Source: Octopus vulgaris (lineage: Eukaryota). From it: a stretch of DNA of 64,000 bases. Positions 1 to 10,872 of this stretch are shown piece after piece. The position numbers and the translations under genes are program-made. The notes beneath the pieces are model-generated. The model saw nothing but the letters and a program-made list of their open reading frames with translations, searched no databases and was not told the origin of the DNA. Position 1 is the first letter of the stretch. Every line of letters begins with the position of its first letter. Where the stretch lies: assembly GCA_951406725.2 (NCBI GenBank), contig OX597826.1, positions 33,604,001 through 33,668,000 of the forward strand, read 5' to 3'.

Positions 1-15
1 ATGTGTGTGTCTATA

Positions 16-213
16 TATTTCTTTACTACCCACAAGGGGCTAAACACAGAGGGGACAAACAAGGACAGAAAAGGTATTAAGTCGATTACATCAATCCTCA
101 GTGCATAACTGGTACTTAATTTATCGACCCTGAAAGGATGAAAGGCAAAGTCGACCTTGGCGGAATTTGAACTCAGAATGTAACGGCAGACGAAATACGG
201 CTACGCATTTTGC
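16..213 (-). mobile_element. tRNA-headed SINE family A (Meta/MESC-like core), 5'-truncated
   Basis: Reverse complement has box B GAGTTCAAATTCC, core GTCGACTTTGCCTTTCATCCTTTCAGGGTCGATAAA and tail GTGGGTAGTAAAGAAATA; flanked by a TGTGTGTCTATATA duplication. Confidence 0.85.
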
Positions 214-289
214 ATGTGTGTCTATATATGTATATATATATATGCATGTGTGTGTGTATATATATATATATAAATATAAATATATATAT

Positions 290-860
290 AATTAGAAAGT
301 AACTTAATAAAATAAAACATTACAGAGGATATATTATAAATAATTAAGATTATTTATGAATATATCAATGGCCAAACATATTATCATAAAATACAAATAA
401 TTATGAACAAATCACAATTATAACTAAGAGGGTTACAAACTCTTACATGTTAAAAATAATTATAAACATTCTTCTTATTTGTATTTCATGATAACATGTT
501 CGGCCAATGATAAATTTATAAATAATCTTAATTATTTATAATATATCTTCTGTTCTGCTTTATTACATTACTTTCTAATTATTTAAATTTTCCTAACTCA
601 TATCTTTTCACATAAATGCTGTGCATGACATTAGAATTCAAAACTTGATTGCATAGATAGAGGTCGAAACATTTCACTTGCCAGTCGGGATTCATGTTTG
701 CCCTAAGTTGAAGTCTTGTTTTGATTTCTATCTATAGGAATATTTCCTCTGATGAGACAAATGGGCCCCTTAAGAGGTTCCTGATGTCGAAATTGTGATA
801 GTGAATTAACCAGTTATTTTTAACATGTAAGGGTTTTGAAACCCTCTTTAGTTATAATTA
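290..860. mobile_element. Fold-back, Penelope-like terminal-repeat remnant between (TA)n tracts
   Basis: 290-400 is the reverse complement of 475-580; 418-460 is the reverse complement of 812-856; decayed HHR motif at 744-805. Confidence 0.55.
744..805 (+). ncRNA. Decayed hammerhead ribozyme motif
   Basis: CTGATGA-GACA...TGTC-GAAA; stem III ATTGTGAT could be palindromic ATCGCGAT after two CpG decays; stem I imperfect. Confidence 0.45.
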
Positions 861-990
861 TAATTATAAAAGTTCTTCTTCTATATATATTAAGCAATAA
901 TAAATCTCTGAGCAAGGTATAAACAGTAGCCACATGACATCGTGTTACATACATATGTATGTGTCTATATATGTGTATGTGTATATACAT

Positions 991-1049
<59 letters not shown>

Positions 1050-1050
1050 A

Positions 1051-1272
1051 CGGGAAGCTTTATGAAAATAAACAAAAGACGAAGGCAGGTGGAATACAAA
1101 CAAACAATTGTATTAGTATGGCGCTCAGGAATATAAATAAAACAAGTCTTTTACGTTTCGAGCCTACGCTCTTCAACAGAAAGATACACAGAAAAGAAAC
1201 ATGGAGAGAAACAAGGAGAGAAAAAAATGCGTGCAGAAGCTAGCAAATCAACATGGCGATCTGATTCCGAAC
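1051..1272 (-). mobile_element. Short HHR-bearing element, family E1, in (TA)n (copies ~1784-1950, ~45065-45240)
   Basis: Three homologous copies, each bounded by (TA)n-rich tracts; non-coding. Confidence 0.75.
1147..1184 (-). ncRNA. Minimal type-I hammerhead motif, variant core CUGUUGA
   Basis: Minus strand TCTTT-CTGTTGA-A-GAGC-GTAG-GCTC-GAAAC-GTA-AAAGA: stems I and II pair, stem III is the ACGT palindrome, GUA site. Confidence 0.65.
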
Positions 1273-1273
1273 A

Positions 1274-1311
<38 letters not shown>

Positions 1312-1348
1312 TATATATATGCATATGCACACACGTGTATAAAGATAG

Positions 1349-1503
1349 GGCACCACTTTTAGCTGAACAGATCAACCCCAGGGCTTATTATTTGTAAGCC
1401 TAGTACTGGTCTCTTTTTCCAAACCACTAAGTTACGGGGACATAAACACACCAACATTAGTTGTCAAGCAATAGTGGTAGACACACAAACACAGACACAC
1501 AAG

Positions 1504-1563
<60 letters not shown>

Positions 1564-1726
1564 CGATGGGCTTCTTTCAGTTTCTGTCTACTAAATCCAT
1601 TCACAAGGCTATGGTTGGCCTGGGGCTATAATAGAAGACACTTGCCCAAGTTGCCATGTACTGGGACTGAACCTTAAACCATATGGCTGGTAAGCAAGCT
1701 ACTTACCACACAGCCACTCCTGCACC

Positions 1727-1728
<2 letters not shown>
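1349..1728 (-). mobile_element. SINE family B (tRNA head, CORE-like segment, internal microsatellite)
   Basis: Homologous to the best copy at 23819-24228. Confidence 0.85.
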
Positions 1729-1757
<29 letters not shown>

Positions 1758-2036
1758 GTGTATATACACATACACATATATATAGGGAGAGTTTACGAAA
1801 AAACAAAAGACGATGACAGGTGATGTACAAAACAAACAGATGTATTAGTATAACACTCAGGAATAGAAAAGTCTTTTATATTTTGACCCAAGGCTCTTCT
1901 ACAGAAAGGGACACAGAAAAAACAAGGAGAGAAAAAAAAGGAGAGGAAAAATATATATAATATATATATATATATATAATATATATATATATAATATATA
2001 TACATATATGATATATATATACATATATATATATAT

Positions 2037-2183
2037 GGTTGGCGTTAGGAAGGGCATCCAGCCATAGAAACACTGCCAAATTTGACTGGGCCTGATGAAG
2101 CCTTCTGGCTTCACAGACCCCAGTAGAACCGTCCAACCCATGCTACCATGGAAAACGGACGCTAAACGATGATGATGATGATG
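2037..2183 (+). mobile_element. RTE LINE 3' UTR fragment with (GAT)n tail
   Basis: GGTTGGCGTTAGGAAGGGCATCCAGC...CCAACCCATGC...AAACGATGATGATG. Confidence 0.8.
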
Positions 2184-2718
2184 ATATATATATGTATACA
2201 TGTGTATTTCTATAATTTCCTTGTAACTATATATATTATTGCACATGTATGTCAAATACAAGATTCTTGTATTTGCAATGATTTTCAATAGATCAGCTGG
2301 TTTCTCATGAAACATTAACAGAACAGATTAATGAAATTAACTTAATCCAACAAAAGCATGAATAAAAACATTCCTAAGGTTTAAGAAGAAACGAAACTTA
2401 AAGATTCCTTCTCAAAATTATTTCATTGTTTTTTATTATTTGCCTATTTATTTGTTGTTGGAATGAAAATGGGTTCAATTCTTGATTTGAAGTTCAAAGG
2501 ATTTTTAGATTTCAATCTGAGTAATAGGAGGGAACTTATTAAAAGCAGATATTGTTCTCAAGAAATGGTACAATGGTAATGAGAATTACAACTGTTTAAG
2601 TTCCTTGAATTCTACAGCTTTTCACTTGTTATTTTTTTTGTCATTTTGTTTTACTGTATATATTTTATTTTGTTTTGGTTTTATTCCAGTCTTATCTCTC
2701 TCACTCTTTCTCTTTATT

Positions 2719-2759
<41 letters not shown>

Positions 2760-3666
2760 TGCTTGGTGTTTATCTTTCATTATCACTTCATTTTTCTGTC
2801 TGTTCCTCTTAGAGTAGGACAAAGAGAGAGAGAGAGAGAGAAAGGGAGACAGAGGCAGAGAGACAGAAAGGAAAACTATCTCTCTCTCTCTCTCTCTCTG
2901 TCCTACTCTCTCTCTCTATCTCTCTCTCTGTCCTACTCTCTCTCTCTCTCTCTCTCTCTTGTTCTTATGTTACATAATAAAAGAAGTTGTGATCCCTATT
3001 AATTCCATGCTGCCCGCCTATCCCCTCCACCTCCGCCGCCACCTCCATCTGCCGCCAATGAAGTGTGAAGAAAGAGAGGAAGCATTGATCTCTGTCTTTG
3101 AGAAAGATGGAAGATTATTAAGGAATGGTAAAAGAAGACAATACTAGAAATGATTCTGAGAAAGTGAGAATTCTTGTTCTGACTGATATCTCTTGTCTGA
3201 GAATTAGAGCGTGTGCATGTGTATGTGTGTGTGTGTGTGTGTGAGAAAGAAGTGTTGATGTCTAAGTGCATATGTACAAGAGTATTATGTGTGAGTATGT
3301 AAGTGCATTTGTGTCATGAAATGTACTTTGTATGTGCCTCTGTGTGTGTGTATCTTTGAGTATGTATGAGTGTCTATGTCTGTGTGCATGTGCAAGAGAA
3401 AAGTGTGAGTGTGTGTGCGTGTGTGTGTGTTTATGCATATGTGTGAGTGACAGACAGAAAGGAAATATATGTAGTAGCTAGAGAGAGAGAGAGAAAGAAA
3501 GACAGAGATGGAGGGAAAGAGAAAAGTGAGAGAGAGAGAGAAAGAAAGAGAAAGAGAGAAAGAAATGAAGTGCAAATGTAAGTTAGATTGATAGACAGAG
3601 AGGTAGATAAAGAGAAAAAGAATTGAGTAAAACAAAATGAATAAATAAACAAAGTGCAGTGGGGGG

Positions 3667-4033
3667 GACTGTGTGGTAAGTAGCTTGCTTACCAACCACA
3701 TGGTTCCGGGTCCAGTCCCACTGCATGGCACCTTGGACAAGTGTCTTTTGCTATAGCACCAGGCTGACCAAAGCCTTGTGAGTAGATTTGGTAGATGGTA
3801 ACTGAAAGAAGCTCGTCATATATATATATATATATCTGTGTGTGTTTGTGTGTCTGTATTTGACCCCCCCCCCCGCCAACATCGTTTGACAACCAATGCT
3901 GGTGTGTTTACTTCCCTGTAACTTAGTGGTTCAGCAAAAGAGACCAATACAATAAGTACTAGGCTTACAAAGAATAAGCCCTGGTGCTCCAGCATGGCCA
4001 CAGTCAAGTGACTGAAACAAGTAAAAGAGTAAG
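3667..4033 (+). mobile_element. SINE family B
   Basis: CTGTGTGGTAAGTAGCTTGCTTACC head, CACCTTGGACAAGTGTC CORE-like segment, GACTGAAACAAGTAAAAGAG tail. Confidence 0.85.
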
Positions 4034-4384
4034 GGAAAGAAAGAAAGTAGAAAAGAAAGAAAGAAGGAAAGAAAGAAAGAAAGAGAGGACATTGCGTGAG
4101 GATGGTTGCATATGCAAGAATAAGTGGGTGTTGGAAGGAGGGGTAATGAGAGGAAGAGAGGGGGTGTGTGACTCGGAAAGGAAAAGGGTGAGAAAAAGAG
4201 AGAATCTATCTGCGAAAACATGTGATAGAGAATGTTTTGAAGTAAGGAAGTGTGACAAGGTGTGTATGTGTATGACATTGAGATATTGTGACAATTATAT
4301 TATGTGACAGGGTGACATGCAAAAGAGAGAGAGAATATGTGACAGAAAGCAAACACATTGAAATGAGTGTACGGTAGAGGAGTG

Positions 4385-4632
4385 TGGGTTAGAGGTTAGG
4401 GAGTTGGATTCATGATTGTAAGATTAGGGTTTCAATTCCTGGACCAGGCAATGCATAGTGTTCTTTAGCAAAACCCTTCATTTCACATTGTTCCTGTCCA
4501 CTCAAATGGCAAAAATGAGTTATCCTACAAGGGATTGGCGTCCTATCCAGGTGGAATATATACACCATGGGAACAAGGAAGCTGGGTGTTACGAGTCAGT
4601 ATGACTCACAAAGGTAACTTTACCTTTACCTT
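4385..4632 (+). mobile_element. CORE-like SINE family G, diverged
   Basis: 5' part matches the reverse complement of 31920-32050; (TTTACC)n tail. Confidence 0.6.
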
Positions 4633-6223
4633 AACCTAATGAGAGAATGTAACATTGAAGGTATGTAAAATGTAACATTCAAGGTATGTAAAATGGAAAG
4701 TAAGTTACAATGTATGAATGGGACAGTAAAATGTTAGTGACAAAATAGCTGTTACATTGGGTATGGGTGAACACACACAGACACAAACAGCCAGTCACAC
4801 TGAGAGGCTGTGACAGCAGAGTGTATGTGTGTGTTACATTGACAGGATGTCATTGATGTGTTAGTTACGTGTGAACAAATAAAAACAGGTTGAGAGCAAG
4901 TCTCAATGAAAGTATGTAACAGTAGAGTGTGTTACAATGACTAAATTCCAGTCACATTGAGTATGAGCGAAGACACACAAACAGCCAGTTATACAGTGTG
5001 TGAGTGTGTGTGTGTGTGTGTGTTACAGTGTTGAAATGTTTCTGATACACACTGAATAAATGTAAATGCATGAAACCATGGAAATGTGATATTTATTAAA
5101 TACTGATATCAACAAAATTGCTGGCCTTGTGTCTGAATCGGAAAATATTAACATCTTGTAACAAAGTGTTCATGGGAAGAGCAAGAATGATGTAAATACA
5201 AATACTAGGGTGGCTACTACTACTACTACTACTAATGCTGCTGCTGCTGCCACTGCTGTTCCTGTTCATGCTCCTCCTCCTCTATCTCTTCCTTTTTCTT
5301 GTTGCTGTTATTCTTCTTTTTTTCTTTTCTTCTTCTTCTTCTTCTTGTTCAGTTCATCCAATTCTCATGCAATAGTTACTTCTATATCTTTCCTCTCTTC
5401 CACCTCAAGGAATCTTTCGCATGAAGAATTAATGAGTCAAGTCAGAAGGGGAAAAAAATAAATGGCAAATAGATATTTTTTGCGAAGAACAGATCCATAA
5501 AAGTTACCATGTTAATAATTGCTTGACCTAAAGAATTCCAGCTTGGTGATCATTATATGACAGACATTTGTCTCAAGAAAATATGTAATCGGTTTTGTCA
5601 TCATCGTCATCATCATCATCATCATTGTCATCGTCCTCATTGCCATCATTATCATCATCATCATCATTATCATCACCACCATCTTCCTCTGCACCACCAC
5701 CATTACCCCTTACCTTCTCCATTATCCATCTTCCCCTTCCTCCTCATCCTCACCACCATCATTAAGTGTTGTCATCATTGTCATCATCATCATCATCATC
5801 ACCATCACCATAATCAACGTTTTCATCATTATCATCGTCATTATCATCACCACACAGCTTACACTCAGTTATAGAATGGGAGTAACCAAAGTAGAGTTGA
5901 GAAAAGAAATAAAAAAAAAAAGAAGAGGAGACGAAATGTCAGAGTGGACCCTGTTGATTTGAGAGGAGCTGAAGTGAATGGAAATAGAAGAACAGTGGGT
6001 GTAGATCTATAGATGTCACACGAGTGTAACGGAAAATGAAAGATGACTAGAGATAGGGATGGATAGCCCTTACTTTAAAATAAGCAAGGGATTCACATGA
6101 TCCCTAAAATGTGACCACAAATATGGCCTTTTGTTCATTTCATGCCAAAACCCAGATGTGGAACAAATACAAAACAAAACAGATATATAGGATCCTTCAG
6201 ATCTCCTAAAAATTTTCCACCAC

Positions 6224-6265
<42 letters not shown>

Positions 6266-6304
6266 GTGGGGAAAATAAAAAGAGACAAAATTCCTGTAAA
6301 AGGT

Positions 6305-6345
6305 CACTCTGACGATTCCACTAGAGTGGACGCAAGCGGTAATGT
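6305..6345 (+). ncRNA. Decayed hammerhead motif in a (TA)n-bounded insert (6263-6465)
   Basis: CTGACGA-TTCCAC-TAGA-GTGGAC-GCAA-GCGGTA is two substitutions from CTGACGA-GTCCAC..GTGGAC-GAAA; stem III and stem I are also degraded. Confidence 0.45.
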
Positions 6346-6459
6346 TTGATTTATAAAAAACATGTAACATATTAATAAATATCTGTAAATATAAAACCAT
6401 GCAGAGTTCTAAGTACCTCATTTCTTCTAATATATAGTACCTGTACATCATCTCCAAAC

Positions 6460-6490
<31 letters not shown>

Positions 6491-6759
6491 CATACATACA
6501 TACATACATACAACTATGATGTTGTTGGTACAACATATTCTTTGTCTATCTCTTTAACCTCTTGGAGATTTTAGGTAAAATTATACTAATGTGTCCCGTT
6601 CTAATTTAATTAAATTCTATGTTTTTGTGCAGCTGAAGATTGCTCTACATTTTAAACTGATGTAATGAAATGATTGCATTGTTCAATTAAAATGATCATA
6701 CTGCATTACCTCTGGATATCCTTGTCGCTTATTTTGATATATATATATATATATATATA

Positions 6760-6823
<64 letters not shown>

Positions 6824-6891
6824 TTTATTTAAAAGCAGCAAAAATTTGAGTACTTTTTTTCCACCTTGTTTCACATTTATGTGTTTACTCC

Positions 6892-6939
<48 letters not shown>

Positions 6940-7099
6940 TATACATATTCATATATATATATGTATGTATGTATATAAATATATATATAAATAAAGGTAT
7001 CTTGTAGCTGAAAACTCCAGTATTTACAAGAGGCTTTAGAATTAATAATTCCTTTATCTCGAGCTAATATCTTAATTCCAGTAAAGCAGTGCACTGACT

Positions 7100-7510
7100 G
7101 AATTGATAACATGCTGGATAAAATGTTTGGTGATATTCATCTGTCTTTACACTCAAATTCTGCCAAGGTCAACTTTGTTTTTCATGCTTTCAGGGTCAAT
7201 AAATTAGGTACCAGTTACACACTGGCGTTGATGTAATTGACTTAACCCTTTAGTGTTCAGATTGTCCTGTCAAATGTGATGTTTGTTTATTTAAAATGGT
7301 TTGAATTAATCATGCATTATCTTGTAGTTTAGAGATTTCAGTGATGTGATTTTTTAGTTTTAGAATGACATGGTAGGGCTGAGGTGAGAGGCAAGATCTC
7401 GTCAGTTTCAATATAAAACAGGTTAAATATTTTGGCCAGATATGGTCGGTTTGAATGCTAAATGGTTAACCCACCCCTTCAAATTGCTGGCCTTGTTCCA
7501 AAAGATGAAA
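7100..7510 (+). mobile_element. SINE family A interrupted by a MITE
   Basis: Core at 7165-7215; the SINE resumes after 7469 (CCCACCCCTTCAAATTGCTGGCCTTG). Confidence 0.7.
7246..7465. mobile_element. piggyBac-type MITE
   Basis: TTAA duplication (7242-7245, 7466-7469); imperfect TIRs CCCTTTAGTGTTCAGA / TTTGAATGCTAAATGG. Confidence 0.7.
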
Positions 7511-7699
7511 CCAATATTTCGTTTCTCCCTCTCTTTTGTTATGGGAGTAGCTGTGCAACTCGTCTACAGCAAGAAACCTGTTTTGCCTGGCTTCTTCTCT
7601 CACACTTTAATACTCTGATCTCATCCATAATATGGAACCACCTCCTTTTCTCCCGTAACCCCACTCAGTCAAAGAGGATCTTAATCTTGCAGGACCACA

Positions 7700-7885
7700 T
7701 GGTGATCTCTCTAGTGCTGGCACCAAGGAAAAAGCACCCAGTGTACACTGTAAAGTGAGTGGATTTAGGAAAGGTATCCAACAGAAGAAATCATTCCAAA
7801 ACAGAGACAGGAGCTGGATGCAGATATCTGACCTGTCAACTCCTGTCATATCATCCAACCAACTCCAGTATGGAACATGGATGTT
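7700..7885 (+). mobile_element. RTE LINE 3' UTR fragment, diverged
   Basis: AAAAGCACCC, TTAGGAAAGGTATCCA and TCCAACCAACTCCAGTATGG motifs. Confidence 0.6.
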
Positions 7886-8265
7886 ACCAGCTAATTCATA
7901 AAATTCATTGTCCCTTGTGTCTTCACAAATTTCCTCTGTATTTTATCATATTCAGAACTTTTCTTCTCCCTTGTCTCAAGTATTTTATTTTTCCCTATCG
8001 ATGATATATGATAGACAGTTACACCAGACTCTTTCAACTTTAGCGTTATCACACTTGTCATTATCTTTCATGTGTTGCATATATAATTCGGAAGATTCCA
8101 GAATTTTTCTTACCATTTTAGAAATGAATAATTTCTTGGTTTCTTCTAATTTTAGTGTCTAGCACTCATCGTAATTAGCATGACAACACTTGGAAACTCT
8201 CTAACACAACACACACTTACATTGTATATATACATATATATATTAGTATATAGTGGTATATACAT

Positions 8266-8296
<31 letters not shown>

Positions 8297-8377
8297 ATAT
8301 ACATACATATATATATACATGTATATATGTATATATATATGTATACATATATATGCATGAACATATGTGTGCATGTA

Positions 8378-8423
<46 letters not shown>

Positions 8424-8754
8424 TACACACACATGCACACACTTATACATGAATGTAATAAGTATGAATTTATAAATATAATTATATGATTATGCATGAA
8501 TATATACCAAATTTTCGTTTTTATGTTATCATTCCATGTGTGTTGTGTGTGTGTGTGTGTGTGTGTGTGTCTATGTGTGTGTGTATGTGTGTGTATTTGC
8601 ATACATACACATGAATATCCATCATGAGTATGCATAGAAATATGCTTATGTGACTCTTGGCTGCAAACACACACACATGTATATACGTGTGTGTTTATAT
8701 ATGTATAGATATAAATATACGTATACATACATATGTGTGTGTTGTACATATAAT

Positions 8755-8787
<33 letters not shown>

Positions 8788-8956
8788 TATAAATATATAT
8801 ATATATATATGTATACGTGTGTGTATGTACGGGCTATATAATATTTCATTCTTTACATCAACAACGCTACCATGTCAAGAGCAATTTATCAGCAAGTTGA
8901 TATTTTTCTGATGTTTTGATTGAATTTATATGGTAAGTTGAACAGAGAGGTGTTGC

Positions 8957-8987
<31 letters not shown>

Positions 8988-9510
8988 GGTGCTGGCAGGG
9001 ATGATGATGATGTTGATGATGACAACGACGGCGATGATAATGGCGATAATGGTGATGATGATGGTGATGATGACGATGGTGATGATGGTGGTGGGGTGGG
9101 TCGCATTGGCGGTGGTTGTCGTAATGCAGAATATACTGAATATGTTGGTTAAGGTGATGAATATAGTTCCAGTCATTCAGTGCATCATAACCGGAACTCG
9201 ACATGCAGGCAGACAGTCGAAGGGCTGGAAGATGCTTGCCTTCTTCCTTATAAGGCAGCTCCAAATTCCCTTCTGCTAGACAAACTACATTCCATGCATT
9301 CTTGTTGCCACACAAGAACGGCCAAACTGGGATAAGTCTAAAAGTTTTATTCTCAAGTCCTCTAAACATCTGCATTCCTCCTCAGAATCCAGTTTGGAAC
9401 CATCCAATAGTTCTAACCCCTGCTTCTTTAGGTATTCTAAAGCAAGCAGGAGCAAATTCCATTATTGTCACATCTCCTCTGGTTTGGTGGAGATTTCTCT
9501 TTTTGCAATA

Positions 9511-9780
9511 TTCTTTTACTTGTTTCAGTCATTTGACTGTGGCCATGCTAGAGCACCACCTTCTTTTAGTCAAGCAAGTCAACTCCAGGACTTATTCTTT
9601 GCAAGCCTAGTACTTATTCTATCAGTCTTTTTTTTTTATGCTGCACCGCTAAGTTATGGAGACATAAACACACCAGCATCGGATGTCAAGCGATGTTGAG
9701 GGGACAAACACAGACACACACACAAACACACACACACACACACACAACAAACACACACACATACACACACACACACACAT

Positions 9781-9831
<51 letters not shown>

Positions 9832-9987
9832 TATATGACGAGCTTCTTTCAGTTTCCGTCTACCAAATCCATTTACAAGGTCAGCCTGAAGCTATATTAG
9901 AAGACACTTGCCTAAGGTGCCACACAGTGTGACTGAACCCGGAACCATGTGGTTGGTAAGCAAGCTACTTACCACACAGCCACTCCT
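9511..9987 (-). mobile_element. SINE family B, near full length
   Basis: Head and tail both match 23819-24228. Confidence 0.85.
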
Positions 9988-10380
9988 ATTGATAAATGGA
10001 ATATGTGATGGAACAGGAACCAGTCATTATTGTAAAACAACCCAAGAAACCTTCAATGAATATATGCTACCTGGCTAACTGAAACAGTTACTGTTATATA
10101 ATTTTGTTTTAAAGTGATAATGTTTCTTTGAGGCAATAATACTGGTAGTGGAGATAAAATTGGTAAAGATTATAATATTGATTTGAGAGGATAATGTTGA
10201 TAGTGGTGAAAATACTGATAGTAGTTAAAACAATAGTAAAGGTGATAATATTGATAGAAGTACTAATATTTGTAGAGTTGATAATGTTGGTAGATGTGAC
10301 TGTATATGTAGAAATAATAATATTATCATCTCTACCAATATAATAATATTATCATCTCTACCTCAAACCAATAATATCAT

Positions 10381-10872
10381 TCAGCCCGCAAGGTCAGTTC
10401 ACTTGGCCTGCGGCTGCATTGTACCTTTTGTGTTAAGTACCTGCAGTGTAAGTTCATTTGCCTTTGGTATGGCATCAATGCTTGGAACAACTTATGTCTG
10501 TGAGCAAGCATTTTTCAAAAATGAAGAACGTGAAGTCAGCACATCGGACGAGATTGACTGATGAACATTTGAAAGCAAATCTCTTGGTTGGATGCAGCAA
10601 TTCCAAATCAAATATTGATGATATCTTCAAAGCTAAACAACAATACTTTTTTACTGTTTAGTTTGTGAGATTCGGATATGTGCATACTGGGAGTGATATA
10701 ACTATCTTCTTGCTAACATAACCAACATTTTTATTTACCAAAAGGTTATGAAAGAGGCAGTTTTTATTTTTTGAGTATTCACTGTATTGTAGTGAACAAA
10801 ATGGTTATGCAGTCTGTGCTCATAATACTCTCAGTTATCTGGCCTGCCATGAAAAAAGTTTGGTGACCCCTG
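10381..10872 (+). mobile_element. hAT (Charlie/SPIN-like) transposon remnant with a frameshifted dimerization-domain fragment
   Basis: Translates FAFGMASMLGTTYVCEQAF/SKMKNVKSAHRTRLTDEHL (hAT C-terminal motif TYxCEQxFSxMK..R.RLTD.HL); 3' end GTTTGGTGACCCCTG is a CAGGG-type TIR. Confidence 0.85.
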
